A stretch of DNA of 64,000 nt. It comes from the human T2T-CHM13v2.0 reference genome, Homo sapiens. The notes beneath the pieces are model-generated. The model did not search any database and had not been told where the DNA came from. It was given only the letters and a program-made list of their open reading frames with translations. The stretch lies in NCBI RefSeq assembly GCF_009914755.1, contig NC_060925.1. One strand, written 5' to 3'. This document shows, one piece after another, positions 1 to 20,346 of this stretch (its first letter is position 1; each line of letters begins with the position of its first letter). The position numbers and the translations under genes are program-made.

Positions 1-178
1 CTCCCAAGTAGCTGGGATTACAGGTGTGTGCCACCACACCTGGCTAATTTTTTTGTTTTTTAGTAGAGACGGGGTTTCACCGTGTCAACCAGGATGGTCT
101 CGATCTCCTGACCTCGTGATCCACCTGCCTCGGCTTCCCAAAGTGTTGGGATTACAGGCGTGAGCCACAGTGCCTGGC
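1..178 (-). mobile_element. Alu (partial, window edge)
   Basis: Alu consensus. Confidence 0.95.
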
Positions 179-179
179 C

Positions 180-988
180 CCAGAAGAAAGAATTAGTGAG
201 CTCGAAGACAGGCTATTTGAAAATACACAGCCAGAGGAGACAAAAGAAGAAAAAGATAAAAAGGAATAAAAAGCATGCCTACAAGATCTAGAAAATAGCC
301 TCCAAAAGGCAAATCTAAGCGTTTTGGCCTTAAAGAGGAGGTAGAGAGATAGGGGTAGAAAGTTTATCGAAATGAATAACAACAGAGAACTTCCCAAACT
401 TAGAGAAAGATTTCTATATTCAAGTATAAGGTTCTAGAATGCCAAGCAGATTTAGCCCAAAGAAGACTATCTCAAGGCATTTAATAATCAAACTTCTAAA
501 GGTAAAAGATGAAGGATCCTAAAAGCAGTAAGAGAAAAAACACAAATAACATACAATGGAGCTTCAATATGTCTGGGACCAGACTTTTCAGTGGAAACCC
601 CTTACAGGCCAAGAGAGAGAGGCATGACATATTTAAAGTGCTGAAGGAAAAAACTTCTACCCTAGAATAGTATATCTGGTGAAAATATTCTTCAAACATG
701 AAGGAGAAATAACGACTTCATAAGACAGAGAAGTCGAGTAATTTCATCAACACCAGACCTGTCCCACACAAATGCTAAAGGGAGTTCTTCAATCTGAAAG
801 AAAAGGATGTTAATGAGCAATAAGAAATCATCTGAAGGTACAAAACTGACTGGTAATAGTAAGTACACAGAAAAACACAGAATACTATATTAATAACAAT
901 AATTATGGTGTATAAACGACTCATATCATGAAAAGATGAATTGATCAAGAATAATAACTACAACAACTTTTCCAGACATAGTATGGTA
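180..988 (+). mobile_element. Old L1 fragment (ORF1 C-terminal part and inter-ORF region)
   Basis: L1 ORF1-type sequence (ACTTCTACCCTAGAATAGTATATCTGGTGAAAATATTCTTCAAACATGAAGGAGAAATAA). Confidence 0.85.
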
Positions 989-2543
<1,555 letters not shown>

Positions 2544-2545
2544 TA

Positions 2546-3562
2546 GTACTGGAAGTCTTAACTATGGTAATTAGACAAGAAAAAGAAATAAAGGGTATCC
2601 AAATTGGAAAAGAAGTCAAATTATCCTTGTTTGCAGATGATTTGATCTTATATTTGGCAAAAGCTTAAAGACTTCACCAAAAAACTATTAGAACTGATAA
2701 ATTTAGTAAAGTTGCAGGATCCAAAGTCAACACACAGAGATCAGTAGTGTTTCTGTATGCCAACAGTGAACAATCTGAAAAAATCAAAAAAGTAACCCCA
2801 TTTACAGTAGCTGCAAATAAAATACCTAGGGATTAACCAAAGAGATGAAAGATCTCTCTAATGAAAACTATTAAACACTGATGCAAGAAATTGAAGAGGA
2901 CATTAAAAAAATGAAAAGATATTTCATGTTCATGGATTGGAAAAATCACTATTAAAATGTCCATAGTACCCAAAGCAATCTACAGATTCAATACAATCCA
3001 TATTCAAAATACCAATGACATTCTCCACAAAAATAGAAAAAACAATTCTAAAATTTACGTGGAACCACAGAGGACTCAGAATAGCCAAAGCTATCTTCAA
3101 CATAAAGAAGAAAACTGGAGAAATGACATTACCTGACTTGAAATGATACTAGAAAGCTATGGTAACCAAAACAACATGGTACTGACATAAAAACAAACAG
3201 AGACCAATAGAACGGAATAGAGAACCCATTAATAAATCCATACATTTACAGTGAACTGGTTTTTGACAGAGGTGCCAAGAACATACTTTGGTAAAAGGAC
3301 AGTCTGTACAATAAATGGTTCTCGGAAAACTGGAAATCTGTATGCAGATATCTACATGCAGAAGAGTGAAACTAGATCCCTATCTCTTCCCATATACAAA
3401 AATCAAAAATGTATTAAAGATTTAAATCTTAAACTGCAAACTCTGAAACTACTAAAAGAAAACTTTGGGGAAACTTGCTAGGACATTGGTTTGGGCAAAA
3501 ATTTCTTGAGCAATAAATACCCCACATGCAGAGGCAACCAAAGCAAAACTGGATCAAGGGGA
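2546..3562 (+). mobile_element. Old L1 ORF2 fragment (RT domain onward)
   Basis: Encodes [24 protein letters not shown]. Confidence 0.9.
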
Positions 3563-4089
3563 TCTTTTCTCACTTCCTTTTGTGTGTGTTTTTTAGAATT
3601 TTTTTTTGGTTGCTATGGGGATTACATGTAACATACTAAATTTATAACAGTCTAGTTTGAAATGGTACCAGTTTAACTTCTGTAGTATACAAAAACTTTA
3701 TTCCTGTATAGCTCCATTTCCTTGATAAGTTGTTTTTGTGGCAGATTACATCTTTATTCATTGTGTGCTAAATATCATAGATTTATAATTTTTTAATGCT
3801 TTTGTCTTTTAAGTCATATAGGGAAAAAAGGTGGAGCTGAAAAACAAAAATAGAATAATACTGGCTGTGATATTTGTCCATATGGTTACCTTTGCTGGGG
3901 ATCTTTATTTTTTATTTTTTGGATCTTCATTTTTTCAGATGGCCTTAAGTTTCTGTTTAGTGTCCTTTCATTTCAACTTGAAGATGCCTTTTAGGATTTG
4001 ATGTAGAACATATGTAGTGGTGATGGACTCTGTCTGCTTTTTTTTTTTTTTTCTTAATCTGAAAATGCCTCGATTTCAATTTCTCTTTC

Positions 4090-5404
<1,315 letters not shown>

Positions 5405-6540
5405 TAATCTTGATGCTGCTTAGTGGGTCTGTTCAATTTGTGAAAATTCATTGAGTTCTATGCTTAGGTATGTGTACTTTTCTAAAATGAGTAATGTACT
5501 TCAGTAAAAGTTAAAAATCCTAGCTTAAAAGTTCAAATTTCATATTTAATTTATATTTCCTTTCCTTTGCCAGGTTTTGACTCGAAGAGACTTGCAGTAA
5601 GAAGGGGTGTGATCCTCTCTTTCTTTTCTCCTCTCCTCTGTTATCTGGTTTCTTTACTTTGGTGTCTTGTGGGAAGGAATAGGGAAATTGAAAAGTGTAT
5701 GTGTTTCTCTTAATTGGTACTGATCAAATTCTTTCTTGATTGTTCTTTCTCTGGCTAAGACGGATTATTCATCCATACAGTGTAGCAGGCATCCAAATGC
5801 TGGTTCTCCCATGCAGCTGGTTGTAAGTTTTTTTGAGATAGGATCTTTCCCTCTCCACATTGTCTTCATAGAGGATATCCACTTTAGCTTGATGTCTTCC
5901 AAGGCCTCCTCAGTTCTCTCTACCTAGAGCTTCTTGCTGTGCTTGTCACCTTTGTGAGTGGCCAACCCTCTTTAATGGATTACCAGCATTAGTCCAAAGT
6001 CTGCTTCCTTCCCTGGTTTCTCCTTGATCCATAGGTACTGTTTCATCCTTGACATGCCAAATAGTGCAAATACAAGCTGTTCCCTTGCTACCTTCTGTTT
6101 TTGCATTAAGTTCTATTTCCTGTTCCCCGTCTCACTGCTCAGTCCTGCTACAGTTAGGTGCCTGGACACATCAATTGTTTGATTCAGTGCCACAATATCC
6201 TCCTTTATCCTTTTATTCACTTACCACCATGTTTTGAAATTGTCTTTTTCTTCTTTTCAGGTATTTTTCTTCACCAACTTCACTCTTCTTTTTATGTTTG
6301 GGCATTTGTAAATCATGTTTTGGATAGTCACCACCAACCAATATTAGTACTTACCCATTTTTTTGAACTCACTAATCACAATATATAACTGTATAGAATT
6401 TTTTTCTTTTTTTTTTTTTTAATCTTAGAGAACTGGAAATTTCCTCCTTTTTTGCCCCTTGTGGCTTTTAGTATTGCTATGGTGCCAGTTACTTGAAGCT
6501 TGTTTTTCAAATGGCAGGTGACATGGGGTCAGTTATTCTC

Positions 6541-6836
6541 TTTTTTTTTTTTTTTTGAGACGGAGTCTCGCTCTGTTGCTCAGGCTGGAGTGCAGTGACA
6601 TGATCTTGGATCACTGCAACCTCTGCCTCCTGGGTTCAAGCAATTCTCTGTCTCAGCCTCCCGAGTAAGCCGGGGTTACAGGTGCCTGCCACCACGCCTG
6701 GCTAATTTTTGTATTTTTAGTAGAGACAGGGTTTCATCATCTTGACCAGGCTGGTCTTGAACTCCCGACCTCATGATCCACCTGCCTCAGACTCCTAAAG
6801 TGCTGGGATTACAGGTGTGAGCTACTGTACCCGGCC
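6541..6836 (-). mobile_element. Alu upstream of exon 2
   Basis: Alu consensus; TSD CAGTTATTCTCT. Confidence 0.95.
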
Positions 6837-7635
6837 CAGTTATTCTCTAATGGTTCTTGTCTCTGTACTGTCTAGATCAGTTTGATGTGTTACTTATCTG
6901 TATTTGTTACAGCTTCCTTCATTGACATATAATAGATATACCTCATCGGGCTGATTTTTTTCGAAAGTTTCTTATTTATTATAATACTCCTGATTAGGTG
7001 GGTGTTGGCTTAAAAATGTCTACATGTTGATGATATTATTGGACACTGCTTACTGAATGAGGAGAAAGAGGTGTTGGAGTGGAATGGGAAGGTTCTGTCA
7101 ATGTTTTGTATTGCCTGTATTTTCTGATAGTACTTTTATACTTTGAAAACCTGTATTTAGCTCCTCTTATAGGCATATAAAGAAAGCTCTAATATTAATT
7201 TTAGCATTAATTGAATGTTAGAGATATTTCTGACTTTATATGCCAGGTAAAGTCTACCATTTAATGATTTTTTTTAAACTAAAATATGCTTTTCTTTATT
7301 GGATATAGGAAGGGTATGAATAAAAGGATAAACATAAATAAACTTAACTAAGAAGTGTACTCATTATGAATACTATATCCTGTCAAAATGTCTGTCATCC
7401 CATGACCTTTCTCACCTATTTTTCCTTTGGCATTTTAATAATCAATATCCTGTGTCCTTTACAGCATACCTAGCTTTTACTAAGAAATATGTTTCTGGTT
7501 TTAGCTATGGAGGGGGAAGTATAATATTTTGGCACTTTTAAATTGTAGTGAATGCTGTAGAGATGTTTAATATAAAGTTTTTATACTTCAGAGGAGATAT
7601 TAAAGACTCATGTTTTACTCTTTTTCTCTTTGAAG

Positions 7636-7783
7636 GATGTAGTAACTGGAGTTAGTCCCCTGCTCTTCAGGAAACTCAGTAATCCTGACATATTTTCATC
7701 CACTGGAAAAGTTAAACTTCAGCGACAACTGAGTCAGGATGATTGTAAGTTATGGAGAGGAAACCTGGCCAGCTCTCTATCGG
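7636..7783 (+). CDS. MAST2: MAST2 coding exon 2 (148 nt, phase 0 in / phase 1 out): DVVTGVSPLLFRKLSNPDIFSSTGKVKLQRQLSQDDCKLWRGNLASSLS(G)
   Basis: Pyrimidine tract + AG at 7634-7635, open frame, donor GTAAAT at 7784; peptide recognised as the MAST2 N-terminal region and reads in frame into exon 3. Confidence 0.96.
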
Positions 7784-8075
7784 GTAAATATCTGATTTTG
7801 TTGTTTTAAGAAATGTGGGACCATGTGGTCAATATTTAAGTGTATATTAATTGAATTGGCATCTTGACAGTTTCTTCTCTGGTAGTAGTCTTGTATAGAA
7901 CATTTATGGTAAGGCTGTCTTCCTCTCCTTACTTCTTCCTCATGGAATCTCTGATTGCTAACCTGTAGGACCTGATAGATATTTCTTGGTTGATCACCAC
8001 TAGTGGTCACTCTCTCTTACTCTGATTTTTGCTCTCTGCCTATTTCTGTAAACTTTATATTCTTTGCTTCTGTAG

Positions 8076-8940
<865 letters not shown>

Positions 8941-8997
8941 GGGATGTGATTATCTTCTGATTGTCATGAGTAAATTAGATTTTTTATTTAAAAATGT

Positions 8998-9295
8998 GGC
9001 TGGGTGTGGTGGCTCACGCCCGTAATCACAGCACTTTGGGAGACCAAGGCAGGCAGATCACCTGAGGTCAGGAGTTCAAGACCAGCCTGGCCAACATGGC
9101 AAAACCCCGTCTCTACTAAAAATACAAAGATTAGCCGGGCATGGTGATATGTGTCTGTGATCCCAGCCACTCCGGAGGCTGAGGCACAAGAATCGCTTGA
9201 ACCTGGGAGGTGGAGGCTGAGTGAGCATCATTACACTCCAGCTGGGGCGACAGAGCGAAACTCTGTCTCCAAAACAAAGCCAAACAAAAAAAAAG
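8998..9295 (+). mobile_element. AluS
   Basis: Alu consensus. Confidence 0.95.
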
Positions 9296-9565
9296 TAAAG
9301 TTTTCTTACCTGGATCAGCTCTTTCTTTTGAGCATCTAACAACCAGAATATTCAGTGTTTTGTTCTAAAATGCTAAATCCCTTTTATCCTGTGAGGTAAT
9401 TGCATGGCTGCCGGGTACATTGTTGAAATGTGGTTGTGTTTGACTGTTCTTTCTATGGAATTTTCCATTTATCTGATTGCAGCTCGTGTCTTACTTTATG
9501 ACTTTTGGGGTGCTTTTCATTTCTGAGTGCTTAGTCTAAGAGTTTGCAGGGCAGATGATACCTCA

Positions 9566-11333
<1,768 letters not shown>

Positions 11334-11830
11334 TGAAGTCTTTCTTAATTTTTACTTTCTTCTATGTCTTAATTTTCTTCTGTGGTTAGCTTTGCTAAAT
11401 TGTTCTCCAAATGAATTGTATCATATTTTGTTGGCAGCAAAAACAAAAATATCCCCCAAGCCCTTTCTTAACATCTTTACTACATTGGGTATTTTCATGA
11501 CTAAGATTTTACCAGGCACAGAAAGGATTTTCAAGTGAGTTGAGTGATCATGATAAAGCCAGGGGAAAGTGCAGGGCATAATATTGAAGTTGAGTGAGTG
11601 AATAAGTGTGGAAAAGAGTCGAAGGAGATGAGACCAGAAAGATAATCTGGATTTATGGAGGGTCTTTTTCATATGCCAAAATGTCTGGCATAATATCTTC
11701 AAATAGTAAGGAGCCATCAGAGGCTTTTAAGGAAGGAAATGACATGAACACATTTTTGTTGGTTAGATCACAAGCAAAAGTGTGAAGAATGGTGGGAAGA
11801 AGGGGAGAAATGAGACCTTCACCTCATTTA

Positions 11831-12155
<325 letters not shown>

Positions 12156-12641
12156 TCATTGGAATTCCCTATACTTGGTCTTTATAAGTGACTCTCTTTC
12201 ATTGAGATTAAGGCAGACAGTAAACCTGAACTGAGCACATGGAGTCTAGTGAGAGCAGAATAGGTTCATTGTTTGCCTGCTGGAAACTTGCATCTCTAAT
12301 GTTACATTGAGGTGATGAGAAACTATGTAGGCTAGAAGGGATTGGAAAACTCCTAGACTGCTAGTTTGGGTGTTAGAGTGGGAGGCTGGCATGTGGTGAA
12401 TATTATAGAGAACATAAAATAGTTAATCCATTTCAGTGTTCCACTTGCCATTATCATCACCACCAAGACAGTCACAATTTTTAATGGATAGTTGGAAATT
12501 TTAATAGATTCTAAAATGGATGTGAACAATTTTACTTTGTATCAGTATGGTTTTATCCACTTGATATCACTGTATTTGTATTTTTTCATTTGTTTATCAA
12601 TAAATAATTACATGTATATTTTCCAAACCTTGTATTTGAAG

Positions 12642-12784
12642 GTAAGCAGCTGCTCCCTTTGTCCAGCAGTGTACATAGCAGTGTGGGACAGGTGACTTGG
12701 CAGTCGTCAGGAGAAGCATCAAACCTGGTTCGAATGAGAAACCAGTCCCTTGGACAGTCTGCACCTTCTCTTACTGCTGGCCTG
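12642..12784 (+). CDS. MAST2: MAST2 coding exon 3 (143 nt, phase 1 in / phase 0 out): (G)KQLLPLSSSVHSSVGQVTWQSSGEASNLVRMRNQSLGQSAPSLTAGL
   Basis: Acceptor AG 12640-12641, donor GTAAGT 12785-12790; overlaps ORF-track 12659..12901; the SNLVRMRNQSLGQSAPSLTAGL motif is recalled from MAST2 (similar in MAST4). Confidence 0.96.
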
Positions 12785-12919
12785 GTAAGTGTTCATAAAG
12801 GTGGCATTTTGCTCTATGAAAAATCCATAATTGTCATTTGTCATTGCAACATCTATTCTTTTTCCTTTTTAGGATTTGGAGAATTCAGTTTCCCAAAATG
12901 AAGTATGGAAGAGAATGAA

Positions 12920-13675
<756 letters not shown>

Positions 13676-13942
13676 CAATTAAGTCTATTTTGATTGCCCT
13701 CTCATGCTGTCAGTGTCACTGGTACTAATTGTATAGTGAGGGTCAAGGAAAAGATTCTGTAAGGTTGTAACTTCAATGAGTAAATTTTCCTGGGAAAGAA
13801 CATTCTTTTTATAGAAATGATTCTAAATCTGGTACAGTTGTGCTGCTTTGGTTTACAGCTCTGTGGTATACATATTTAGTACATGAGGACAGGGAACTTG
13901 TTTGGCACATCATGGGTACTTAAAGTATATGTATAAGAATGA

Positions 13943-14265
<323 letters not shown>

Positions 14266-14961
14266 CTAGGCTTTGTGTGATAGGCAGGGCCTTACAAAAT
14301 TAAAGCTGTGTAGCCTGGGCAGGTTGCTTTGTTTCTGCCTGTTGTTACAAATTATACCCTTTTATCCTCAAACTTGCTTTTGTACCAAAGGCACCCACTG
14401 GCTTTCTGCTCATCTCACACTGTTCCCTCTATCCTTAGGTCTAGGCACCTACTAATTTGTAGGGTACAATAACAGAAACTTGTTACTATTAAAGTCTCAT
14501 CTACACTTGAAGATATAAGCCTTTTGGGTCAACATATGTGGAGTAGAAAGTTTTGTCCATTTGTTCAATATGGGAAGTGGGAGTAGCGGGGAGGATGTCT
14601 TTGTGTAGCAGGTGGGAGGCTAATTTTTGGATCAAAGGATATCCTGATAATACCGAAGTTTGTGATTCTCAGGCCACAGAGAGAATCAGGATCATTTGTG
14701 AAAATTCCTACCTCCTTAATTTTTTATTTTGAAATTTTGAAATCTGCAGAAAAATAGACAGAATGGTACAGTGAACACCCATGTAAGTTTTACCTAGACT
14801 GACTAATTTGTACATTTTTTCCATATTTGTTTTTTCTGTGTGTATATATGTATTTTTTTCCCGAAGCATTTCAAAGCAAGTCACAGACTAATTACGATAC
14901 CTCATCCTTAAGTATTTCTCCTAAGGTGAAGGATACTCTCCTAAATAACTACAATATATGA

Positions 14962-15795
<834 letters not shown>

Positions 15796-15974
15796 TGTAT
15801 TTTCTTTAAAGTGTTACCCTGATTCTAACAACGTACTTCTTTGAGAACTACTGCCACCATGATACAGCTGAATATTCCACTTTAAGGTGGTATGTTGCAG
15901 AAGGGATTCCCGGACTGAGGTTACTGGAACCTAGGCCAAGTGAGCTAGAATATTCCTGAATTAAGTTTTTTTTA

Positions 15975-16985
15975 AATTAACAGTTTATTGAGATATAATT
16001 CACATATGATATAATTCACCCACTTAAAGTATACAGGTCAGTATTTTTTGGTGTATTTCACAGACATGTACAGCCATCACTGTAGTCAATTTAAGAATAT
16101 TTTCTTTACTTTAGAAACTGTACTCTTCAGGTATCACCTCCTCATTGTTCCATCCCTAACCCCGCCCCCACACTAGGCAACCACTAATCTACTTTCCACC
16201 TCTATAGGTTTGCCTATTCTGTATTTTTCATATAAATCAAATCAAATATGTGGCCTTTTGTGGCGGCTGCTTTCACTTAGTCTAATGTCTTCAAGATTCA
16301 TCCATGTTGCAGCATGTGTTCCTTTTTGTTGCCGAATAGTATTTTGTTGTATGTATATATCATGTTTTGTTTAGCTGTTCATCAGTTGATTCATTTCCTT
16401 CATTCTTCACCTTCATTTTCTAATGTTTATTGAGAGGATTTATCTGAGGGCTTATTTTTCCCATATATGTAGAAATCATGATCCTAATTAGTGATTACCA
16501 GGGCATGTTCTAAAAAGGATCATACAATCGTATCATTATATGTGCCTAGGGATGGAGGAGAACTTAGGTGGAATATTGTTCAAGATTAGTTCTTCTTCTT
16601 CTTAAAAAAAAATTACATAGAGTGAAAATCTGTTGTTAACAGTGGGTTGTTTCTGCCTTTTGGCTATTATAAGTAATATTGCTATGAACATTCATGTACA
16701 AATTTTAATGTAGATATATGTTTTCATTCCTCGTGGATATATATCTAGGAGAGAAGTTGCTGAGTCATATGATAACTGTATTTAATCATTTGAAGAACTT
16801 TGATTTCTCTACATCCTTGCTATCCTGGTGGGTGGGAAGTGATATCTTGTGTCTTTGATATGCATTTCTCTAGTGACTCATGATGTTGAGCATCTTTCAT
16901 GTGCTTACCGGACATTTGTTTGTCTTCTTTGAAGAAGTGTCTATTTGGATTATTGGCCATTTTTAAAATTGAATGTTTCTTTTAT
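15975..16985 (-). mobile_element. L1M (L1MB-like) 3' end, carrying a templated insertion
   Basis: Typical antisense L1 3'UTR/ORF2-end sequence on both sides of 16391-16645. Confidence 0.85.
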
Positions 16986-18144
16986 TGTAAGTTTGTAAAA
17001 TAATTGTTTCTTTAGACCTGAATCCAATTTCTTCTCTTTCCCAGGGAACTGCTTTTTGTTTTCTCTTGTGCTTTTTTTTTTTCCTGAGCTACTTATTTAC
17101 CTACTGTAACTTCAAGCTAGCTCTTCTCTTCCCATTCTCCCGCCTAAAGATTTTCAGTTGAATATTTTATGTTAGGTGGCACATTTGCTAGTTGGTATTA
17201 AATACCTATTTCTGCTTTGACCACCCATACTGGAATAAACCTCAGTGTCTACCCTGCTTCTGGCTGTGACATTTCTGAAAAATCTTAACTAGAATGTATT
17301 CTCTTTGGAGTAACGGCCGTCTATAGTACATGGACCCAGCCTCCAAAGAACTTTTGGGTTAGCAGAACAGGATTCACATATAATAGGACAACTATTTAAA
17401 AATAATAAAACATCACATTTAAATAAATATTGTATTGATTTTTATTTAAATAGTAACAAAAGGGGGCAAGAATTATACTAGTTATAATTATTGGAATGAT
17501 AACTGGTAGGAGGTTAGACTTGACCAGAGTCTGGAGAATAGATAAGCAAAAGCCTTAAAGTTGCAAATATTTCCATTTTGAGGCCATCTAGATGATGTTT
17601 TTATGAAGAGATTTTTGGACTCTTCATTTTCTGATGTCTATTGAGAGGATTTCTCAGAGGACTTATTTTCCCCATATATGTAGGAACCATGATCCTAATT
17701 AGTGGTTCCCAGGGCATGTTCTAAAACAGATCGTAGAATCATATTATTTATTATATGTTCTTAGGGATGGAGTAAAACTTAGATAGCGTCTTGTTCAAGA
17801 TTAGTTATTATTTGTATTCTTAAAATATATATACAGTTAAAATCTGTTGTTAAAAGTGGCATAGGAGAAAGACCCCTGCATTAGAAATCAGAAGACCAAG
17901 CTCTGATGCTGCTATGTGAATCTGAATAAACATACTGGAGCCTATGTTCTTCTCATCTGTAAAATGAGGTCAGTTCCTGCTTTGCTTTCTCCTGAGTATG
18001 TTAACTAGTATCTGCAGTTTTGATCTTTGCCTTCTGTATCTCTGATGTAAATCCACTTGGCTGTATCACCATTCTAAGACTCACCCTACCTGTCTACTGT
18101 CTTTCCATCCGCCCAAGCCAGTTCTTCCTTGTTCATTCCCTGTC

Positions 18145-18612
18145 TTTTTTTTTTTCCATAATTGAAATTTTATTGGTAGTGTTGAGGATCAGTACACAGA
18201 CATTTCCATTTGTACACAGTTCTTAACATATCTACTGGAAATCTAAAAAGCCATGTATTGTATTTGTTTTTTAAACAGTTATTCCAGTGACTTTCCAGCT
18301 TAAAATTTGGAGGCAAATTTTCCTTAGGAGGCCATCAAGTATCCTAAGGAAAATACCAGTATTGTCAAGTGTTACATACATCCTACCAATCTACCAGTTC
18401 ACAAGTTAGTAGTATATATACTACATACTCAAATTTTCAATCTTTCGCATCACATTAACAAAGTTATCAGGAAAGTAAGACTACTTTGACTACAGATGTT
18501 ACAGAGTGCACACAGTTCTGACAGGGAGAGCCATGATCAAGGAGTGATTTTCGTTAGAAAACAATTCTACTAAAAAACAGTGTGAGAATAGAAGTAATCT
18601 AAAATGTTCAAG
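18145..18612 (-). pseudogene. 5'-truncated retrocopy of an mRNA 3'UTR end (tentatively HNRNPA3)
   Basis: Poly(A) remnant (T-run 18145-18155) with AATAAA (18169-18174, minus) 13 nt upstream; non-TE AU-rich sequence resembling my recollection of the HNRNPA3 distal 3'UTR; parent unverified. Confidence 0.65.
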
Positions 18613-18794
18613 TCATGATTACCAATAACCATTCTAACATGATACTGTGATTATAGCAAACTGCTATAATCTTAAACTGAATTGGGAATATTTCTAACCA
18701 GAACAAAAGATGTGATATTCTGTTGAACATTTTATCATCAGTTCTCATGTTGAATATGATGTCATTTTGGGTGCCATATTATTATTGAATTTTG

Positions 18795-19530
18795 TTGAGA
18801 TGAGATTTTCAGATAACATAAAATTAACCATTTTAAAGTGTACATTTTAGTGGCATTTCATGCATTCACAATGTGTGCAGCCATCACCTTTATCAAGTTT
18901 TAAGACATGTTCACCACCATCCCCTGCAAAAAAAATCCTCTACCCATTAAACAGTCATTATTCATTCCACCCTCATTCTAGCTAGGGCAACCACTAATCT
19001 GCTTTTTGTCTCTGTGGATTTACCTATTCTAATATTTCATATAAATGGAATCATAAAATATGTGCCCTTTTGTGCCTGGCTTTTTTCACTTAGCCCAATG
19101 CTTTCAAGATTTTTCTGCATTATAGCATGTATCAATACTTTATTCCTTTTTTATGGCTGAATAAGATTCTGTTGTATGGGTAAACCACACTTTTATCCGT
19201 TTGTCTGCTGATAGACATTTGAGTTGTTTCCACCTTTTAGCCATTGTGAATAGTACTGCTGTATTTGTGTACATGAATTTGTTTTGAATACTTGTTTTCT
19301 GTATTTTGGGTATGTACCTAAGAGTAGATTTGTTGGATGATACAGTAATTCTTTGTTTAACTTTTTGAAGAACTACCACACTTTTGGTTTGCTACACCAT
19401 TTTATATTCTTCCCAGAAATATATGAGGGTTCCAGTTTCACTGCATCCTTGCCAGTACTTTTCTGTGTTTTTGATTATAGCCATCATAGTGGGTGTCAAG
19501 TGGTGTCTTATTGTGGCTTTGATTAGTATT
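18795..19530 (-). mobile_element. L1M (L1MB-like) 3' end
   Basis: Antisense L1 3' consensus-like; peptide TAVLFTMAKRWKQLKC. Confidence 0.85.
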
Positions 19531-20029
19531 ATATTTTAATAATATTTTAGAACTGTCTGTTGAGGTCACATGGAGTATGCTGTTAAAGGAAATAACAAAA
19601 CTCCAAGACTTTTCTTAGAACCTAGAACCTTTTCTCATCATTAAAAAGATTCTTATTTTAATTTATATTATTTTAGTTGAAAAGTAATCCCATCATTCTT
19701 AATTTATTTTTCCTTAATTTTCACGAGTTCAAAGAGGAAAAACCCATAGACGTTTGTTTTACCTACTTCAGTATTATAAAGAGATTCCAAATTCAGCACT
19801 TCCCCTTTCAGTATTACCTTTCTGCTGCTGTAGTTTTGCATTTTCTACTGTGAAAGGTGGAGATATCTATATCTATATGTCAGTTGGCTTTATTGAGGTA
19901 TAATTTACATAGAATAAAATTCACCCGTTTTAAGTGTTCAGTTTGATGACTTTTGGCAGATGTATACAGTTGTGTCACCACCACCACAATTATGATATAG
20001 TTATATAAGAATTATGGTATAGAACAGAA

Positions 20030-20346
20030 CAGCATTCCCCAACCTTTTTGGCACCAGGGACGGGTTTCATGGAAGACAGTTTTTCCACAGATGGGTGGAG
20101 GGGGGATGGGAGGTGGTTTCAGGATGAAACTGTTCCACCTCAGATCATCAGGCATTAGCTAGATTCTCATGAGGAGCGTGCAACCTAGATCCCTCGTATG
20201 CGCAGTTCACAATAGGGTTCATGCCCCTACGAGAATCTAATGCTGTGCTGCTGATCTGACAGGAGACGGAGTTCAGGCGGTAATGCTCACCCTCATACAG
20301 CTCATCTCCTGCCATGTGGCCTGGTCCCTAACAGGCCATGGACCTG
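20030..20346 (+). mobile_element. MER1B-like hAT/Charlie non-autonomous element
   Basis: Start CAGCATTCCCCAACCTTTTTGGCACCAGGGAC; 8-bp TSD GTATAGAA (20017-20024 / 20347-20354). Confidence 0.85.

Noticed and set aside
5574-5596. 23-nt microexon candidate (CAG acceptor, GTAAGA donor)
   Set aside because: Frame-disrupting, weak donor context, no supporting evidence.
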